Assembly: GCF_000281045.1 (NCBI RefSeq)
Contig: NW_008246130.1
Span: 112,035 to 176,034 of the forward strand
DNA length: 64,000 bases
Origin: Saprolegnia diclina VS20
Taxonomy: Eukaryota
Direction of reading: 5' to 3'
Every line of letters begins with the position of its first letter. Within the stretch, counting starts at the first letter, position 1. The notes beneath the pieces are model-generated. The model was not told where the DNA came from. It did no database searches and worked only from the letters and a program-made list of their open reading frames with translations. Shown piece after piece: positions 58,834-64,000 of this stretch. The position numbers were made by a program, and so were the translations under genes.

Positions 58834-59388
58834 ATGCAGTACGCCGGCTCCGAGGACCACGTCGCGCACCTAAAGCACGTCCTGGAGACCAAGAAGGCGC
58901 ACGAGCTGGGGCAGATCCAGGCGCGCGCGAGCTTACGAGTGCGTGGCGCCAGCGTCGTGTACGCTCAGGCGGTCGACGCAGCTACGCGGCGCTACGAGGC
59001 GCAGGTCCAAGCACTCAGGACGCAGCTCCTCGAAGACCTCACCGCCGAGCTCAGAATGCTGCGAGAGAACCGCGACGGTGTCACGCTCCTTCGAAAAGGC
59101 CTGAGCCGTGCCGCGCGCACACACCGAGCGGTGCCCGACGACGACCGGAGTATGCCCGAGGTCCCGGCGTCCAAGGTTCCCGTCGACACGCTGTCGTCTG
59201 TGCTCGTGACCAACCGGTCGCATCGGCAAAAAGCGCTGGGTCTGCACCGATATGCTTCCTCCCAAGCGTTCAAAACGGCGCCCGCCCCGGCCTTCTTAGC
59301 CGACGATCTGGCTGAAATCGCCGTCGCCGTCGTCTCTAAGCGCCAGCGACTGGCAACATATCCCGACAGCCGAGTGAGCACCAGATAA
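58834..59388 (+). CDS. Coiled-coil protein, possibly Sds3/BRMS1-like
   Basis: AATRRYEAQVQALRTQLLEDLTAELRMLRENRD and C-terminal LADDLAEI resemble the Sds3-like pattern. The family call is tentative. Confidence 0.55.
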   Translation: MQYAGSEDHVAHLKHVLETKKAHELGQIQARASLRVRGASVVYAQAVDAATRRYEAQVQALRTQLLEDLTAELRMLRENRDGVTLLRKGLSRAARTHRAVPDDDRSMPEVPASKVPVDTLSSVLVTNRSHRQKALGLHRYASSQAFKTAPAPAFLADDLAEIAVAVVSKRQRLATYPDSRVSTR

Positions 59389-59746
59389 GTTGGACCCACC
59401 GCGTTATCGTATGTATCTTGTACACTCCAGTTGTTTGCGTCGAGCAATGGGCCACATTGCAGTGCTTCCTAGCTAAATGTCCTCGCTACAGTGGTCACGT
59501 GCTAATACATTCTACACAGAGCCAATGCACTGCAGACGCACGTCCTGTAGGACCTGCGAGTCTGTACAAGATCTTCACCCTGTTGGAGATGCCTTACGCA
59601 CCAACGCCGCTGTCGCCTTGGGCCAAGCGAGACCCGTCACTCGTTCCGGCGCGACGTCAAAGCCATTTGCATTTTCAATCCAAAATCAAAGTGCAATGTA
59701 GAGTGAATGGCTTCTCGAGCACGACTTGTCGTCGACGCCGTCTAGC

Positions 59747-61336
59747 TTAGCGCTCACGAAGGCAACGCGGGCACTGGCACTCAAACTTGTACTCGCTACG
59801 AACATCAGATCAGACCAACGAGGACACGCGCCATACACATACCGCAGGTCGTGCGTGCGCGCTTCGACGTCCTGCTCCGTTTCAATGTACGCAATGCAGA
59901 GCTCGTCGCCCGTCTGCACGAATAAAGGATGAATATAACGATAATCGGAGCCAAAACAACGTACCGCGATTGGCGCCAAGGCGACGACGGTCGCGAGACC
60001 ATTCGACTCGTAGCAGACAGCAACGTTGGGTTCGCAGCTGTGGTTCATCGTGCACACAAGCGAGAAGAGCGCCGTGCCATCCAAGTCGGGGTACATGATA
60101 TCGTCGTCTTCGTCTTCCTCTTCTTCGTGTTCGTCGGCATCGTCGTCCTCATCTTGGTCGTCGTCGTTGTCCATGTGCATCTTGACTTGGACACGCACTT
60201 GGGTCTCGACAACGTCGAGCCACGCCGCAATCTCGGCATCGCCCGAGTCTTCGTAGCGCTCGGCGAGAAGCGAGAGTGGGTGGCGCACCTCCATGCTGAT
60301 GTTGTTCATCTCAAACATGCCAACGACGTTGGCGAAAAAATCGACCGAGAGAAATCCGTTGGCCACGCCATCAGACACGACGTTTTCCCAGTGCAGGGCG
60401 CTCATAAAGTCCGAAGTCTCGTCCGGGTGCGGCTCGTGCAACACCAAGTGCGCCGAGTTGAAGCGAAGACCGTCCATGAAGAGCGCAAAGGTCTCTTCGA
60501 GAAGGTGGCGGAAGATGCCGCAGTACTCGTCCATGCTCTGGCCTTCCTCGAGGTCCTCTTCCGAGGCCACGACCTGCGCAGCGAGTGAGACACAAGGTGG
60601 TTTGAAATTGTCGTGCTACCTCCCACCACGGCAGCTTGCAAAACATATCGACGGGTCGACGCGCGGCCGCCATGTCCTGGTCCTTGGCGTACGCGACGCT
60701 GATGCGGCCGAGCACTTGCGCTGCGAGGAGGAAGATCTCGTTTGTGTCTACCATCCGTTGTTGCAGCGTCAAACAGGACATGCACTCTACCGATCGCGTG
60801 CTGCAGAAAGTCGTGCATCGGCGTGTCCGGGTGCCCCGTGCAAAGCACGCAGTGGTAGCGTTCCCAGGCCGCAGACCGGCACGTCGGCGAGCAATAGATG
60901 GCGCCGCAAGCGCAGGTGCACTTGCCGTTCACGGGCACCTTGCCCACGAGCTGGTTGGGCAGCGGCGGCACGGCGCCGACCTCGACGTGCAGCACATGGG
61001 CGAGCTGCTGCTCGATCGAACCGACAATAACGTGGCAGTTTTCGCAGCCTTGGACAAGCGACTACAAGCAGCTTTCTTCTCACGTGGTCCATTGCACACA
61101 AAGTCTACCTGGTTGGGCACGTGCTGCATCGAGACGAACGGCATCTCATTGAAGAGGGGCTCGCCCGGCACAAAAGATTTGGTCGCGAAGAGCGCTTTAC
61201 CCTTGGACGCAGTCATGTCATAGCTACGCTACAGCGTTAGCACCACCAACTATGTCGCTCTGGCGCACCGAATGGGCTTGCCCGCGGCAAGGTCCGCAAA
61301 GTACGTCGTCGTTGTCGTCTCGGTCGGCGAGGCCAT
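59747..61336 (-). CDS. SMYD5: SET and MYND domain lysine methyltransferase (SMYD5-like), multi-exon
   Basis: KGKALFA, MYND Cys residues (YCSPTCR..AW..YHCVLC), GTALF...MNHSCEPN, GDELCIAYI and post-SET FECQCPRC. Confidence 0.88.
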
Positions 61337-62435
61337 CGTCGTTTGAAGACCCGAAGCCATTGGCCATGCGTAAGCCAATCAAATACGACTGCAATTCCCA
61401 ACAGCCAATCCAGTCTCCGTATGGCCGATCCAGGTCGTGCTTTACCTTGCTGATCGCATTTCGGTTCACTATGACCGACTTTCGTCCCTGTTTGATATGT
61501 CTATCTTACAGTCAAGCAAGCTTGTATTACGGACGGACGTCTGTCGACGGCGTTGATGGCTGCTTTCTCTGCTGCTTCAGACTGCACCGAAAGCCTTGCG
61601 CATGACGCTGAGCGTTGTACAAGAATGGCCCACGGTGCCCAAGCCTTGCGTGGTGTTCTTCTAGTTACTCTTAGTACTGATTTGGGTGAGGCCGAGCAAC
61701 TCCACGCCGGCTCTTGTGTGTTCCAAGTAGTTTGTGGCGTCGTTGTTGAAGCGGGTCGTCGGTGGCTTGTGGCGTCGTCCCATGCATGTCCACGAGCCAA
61801 ATGCTATCCAAGGCCGAGTCAAAGCTCTAGAGCTGAATGTCCCTACATGAGGCGGGTCCCATCAATGTCCCTGGACGTTGCACGCGACTCCCCGTTCTCT
61901 CCACGTTAGCGCCCTCGAAGGCGATGGTTAGAGACGCAAAGGCCGCCCCAAACGTCAACGCTGGACCTTTGGTTTCGAGTCGTCCAACGCCATGTCAAGC
62001 ACGGGGCTGGATAGGTGCTGTACGAGTGCGTGGCAGACTGCCGTAGCGTCATCGCCACAGGGCGCAGCTGGCATGGGCCCAACAATCAAGCGCGAGACGT
62101 TGCAGACCAAACGACGGACGCTGCGTGCAGGGCTGTAGCACCATCCGACCACTTGCTCTGCTCGCGTGCAAGTACGTTTACATCGACAGCACACGAAGCT
62201 TGGCTTCGCAGCTACGCGATGGATAATGCGAGCTGTGCCTTCATCCATGGCCGTGACGATGTGACACGAGGCGCCGCGAAGCTTCAGCCGCCGCCAGCGA
62301 ACTTCCGCGGATTAGCCCATGGGCGAGGCTCTCGCGATCATGGCGGGACGTGTCGCACATATGCCACCTGTATGAGGCCAAAAATAATCCTTTCTCGAAA
62401 CCGCCTCATCGGTTGTTCCCAGAAAGGCCAACTCG

Positions 62436-63311
62436 ATGATGCTGGCGGTCGCGAGTGCGCCGCCACAGTCGCCGCGGGTGCTGGACAATGCGCTGCATCA
62501 GCGCATCCGACGCATCTTCTTTGGCCTGTACACGACGCAGCTCGTGCTGCAGGTGGCCGTCGTTTCGATCCTCGAGGGCGCCGTCTCGAGCGTCTCGCTC
62601 GACAACATTGTGATTGGGAAGCAGTACATTTGGGTCTTTGTCGTGATCCTTCTCCTCTGCCTCTTCATCTTGTACCAAAAGCGGTGCCCGTATCCTGCAA
62701 GCCTCGGCGTCTTGAGCACATACACGGCCGTGCAAGGCGTGATCTTGGCCGACCTCGACCACCGCGCGACGATCCCGATCTGCCTCGCGTTCTGCGTCTC
62801 GTTCTTGGCCACGGTCGTCGTCATGGGCGCTATCTCGCAGTACGTCACGTCGCCGACGACGCTCGTGTGCTACCGCAACGCAGGTGTTGCGTCGCTTCTC
62901 GTGGTGGCACTTATCGCGACGGCCGTCAACTTTGGCGCCAACCTCTTTGCCTACCCGGTCTTTCTCGGCTGGATCGGGACGCTCGTCTTCTTTGGGCTCT
63001 GGGTCACGTACGTGGCGTCGCGCATTTCGTACAAGTTTACGCAGTACCTCAAGTACAACGAGCCGCACCGCGTGATGCTCTACTACACGGACATCATGCT
63101 CTTCGTCTTCTTCATGTTCTCGCTCGTCTTTAGCTGCATCGCGTTCGAAGGGTGCGCGTGCTGCGGTGCGTCGGACGACATCCCAGGCGTCATCGACTTC
63201 CGCTTCCCGCTCGACCCGTCGTCCGCCACTGTGGTCGTGCTGCGGCCCAATGCCGTCCAGCCCGATACCGACAAGGCGCCCAACACGACCGAGGTCATCG
63301 CACGCTCCTAA
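62436..63311 (+). CDS. Divergent Bax inhibitor-1 / Lifeguard (TMBIM) family membrane protein
   Basis: About 7 TM helices. RIRRIFFGLYTTQL, YPASLGVLSTYTAVQG and LYYTDI echo TMBIM consensus blocks. Confidence 0.7.
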   Translation: MMLAVASAPPQSPRVLDNALHQRIRRIFFGLYTTQLVLQVAVVSILEGAVSSVSLDNIVIGKQYIWVFVVILLLCLFILYQKRCPYPASLGVLSTYTAVQGVILADLDHRATIPICLAFCVSFLATVVVMGAISQYVTSPTTLVCYRNAGVASLLVVALIATAVNFGANLFAYPVFLGWIGTLVFFGLWVTYVASRISYKFTQYLKYNEPHRVMLYYTDIMLFVFFMFSLVFSCIAFEGCACCGASDDIPGVIDFRFPLDPSSATVVVLRPNAVQPDTDKAPNTTEVIARS

Positions 63312-63440
63312 GCCCGAGCATCCTTCGCTAGGTAGACCATATTTGTTCACGATGATACATTGTCTGTTTCCGCTATCCGCACGAGCTAAGCAAGGCCAGA
63401 AGCGCGACACGAGTGTCTGCAAGTCGTCGTTGGCGATCGC

Positions 63441-64000
63441 TTAGAGAAGCTTTTGTTTTCGAAAGTGCGCGAGAAAGCGGGCTGCGATGAGGTAGCCGAG
63501 GGCAATGGCGAGGACGCCGACGCCGAGCGCCACGTATCCGATGGTCGAGCGCGGATCCGGGTACACGAGCGTCCCGAGGGCGTCCCAGTTGGGCTCGGTC
63601 CACAGCGGCAGGTTGGCGTTCAAGACCTTGAAGAGGCCGGGCGTCGCCTCCTTCTCGAGGCCGGGCGAGTATGCATCGTGGAAGTGGGCGGCGCGCGTCT
63701 TGCAGACGCCCGGGTAGACGCACTCGAGGTCGGTGCCCTTGCAGTCTTTCGAGATCTTGCACGTCGCCGTCGTGGGCTCACCGAGCGCCGCCGCGAGGAA
63801 CGATCGCGTAAACACCTCGTACGCGTTTGGGAACAAGCTCAGCGTGTTCGAGTCCTTCCAGACTACGTCGTCGGCGATGACGGCGACTGTGCCGCTGTTC
63901 GTGCTGTTGAGCACAGCCGTCGCAACGCGATCGCTCGAGTAGACGCCAGCATAGAGCGTCACGGGCGACATGGACAATGGCCACGACGTCGCTGTCAGCG
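63441..64000 (-). CDS. NCSTN: Nicastrin (gamma-secretase subunit), C-terminal part; the gene continues beyond the window
   Basis: FHDAYSPGL, LWTEPNW, LVYPD, then a single TM helix and a short basic tail. Confidence 0.85.
   Translation of the reverse strand, partial: LTATSWPLSMSPVTLYAGVYSSDRVATAVLNSTNSGTVAVIADDVVWKDSNTLSLFPNAYEVFTRSFLAAALGEPTTATCKISKDCKGTDLECVYPGVCKTRAAHFHDAYSPGLEKEATPGLFKVLNANLPLWTEPNWDALGTLVYPDPRSTIGYVALGVGVLAIALGYLIAARFLAHFRKQKLL

Noticed and set aside
61340..62435. ORF 62015-63133 and small ORFs in this spacer
   Set aside because: Out-of-frame overlap with the TMBIM gene and no coding signal; treated as a divergent promoter region.

Overview
This is gene-dense, GC-rich eukaryotic DNA with many short (about 40-60 nt) GT..AG introns and tiny intergenic spacers. 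The gene content and style point to an oomycete, most likely Saprolegniales (inference). I can support about 37 protein-coding loci. Housekeeping genes include guanine deaminase, a Siw14-type phosphatase, an SCP/NIF phosphatase, a RecQ4-like helicase, HDDC2, adenylate kinase, DPY30, LSM4, LYRM1, EMC5, WDR74, SNF7, RABL6, VDAC, Cbp3/UQCC1, IMP1, TRAPPC9, a SMYD5-like protein, a TMBIM protein and nicastrin (partial). Accessory-looking genes include three purple-acid-phosphatase paralogs, a membrane-anchored GH6, a DinB protein, an RNI-like protein and Cys-rich secreted or membrane proteins. There is one (GATA)n microsatellite and one 299-nt assembly gap. I saw no rRNA, tRNA, CRISPR array or intact mobile element. 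The best leads are: (1) an intron-containing YqaJ/lambda-exonuclease-like nuclease of giant-virus style; (2) a head-to-head pair of small PAM2 proteins that share a second, unnamed motif; (3) a recurrent palindromic TCCGGATA element in very short bidirectional promoters; (4) a candidate phospho-SIM array in RABL6; (5) a Cbp3-WW fusion; (6) a five-phosphatase cluster. Exon boundaries were read by eye and no database searches were run.
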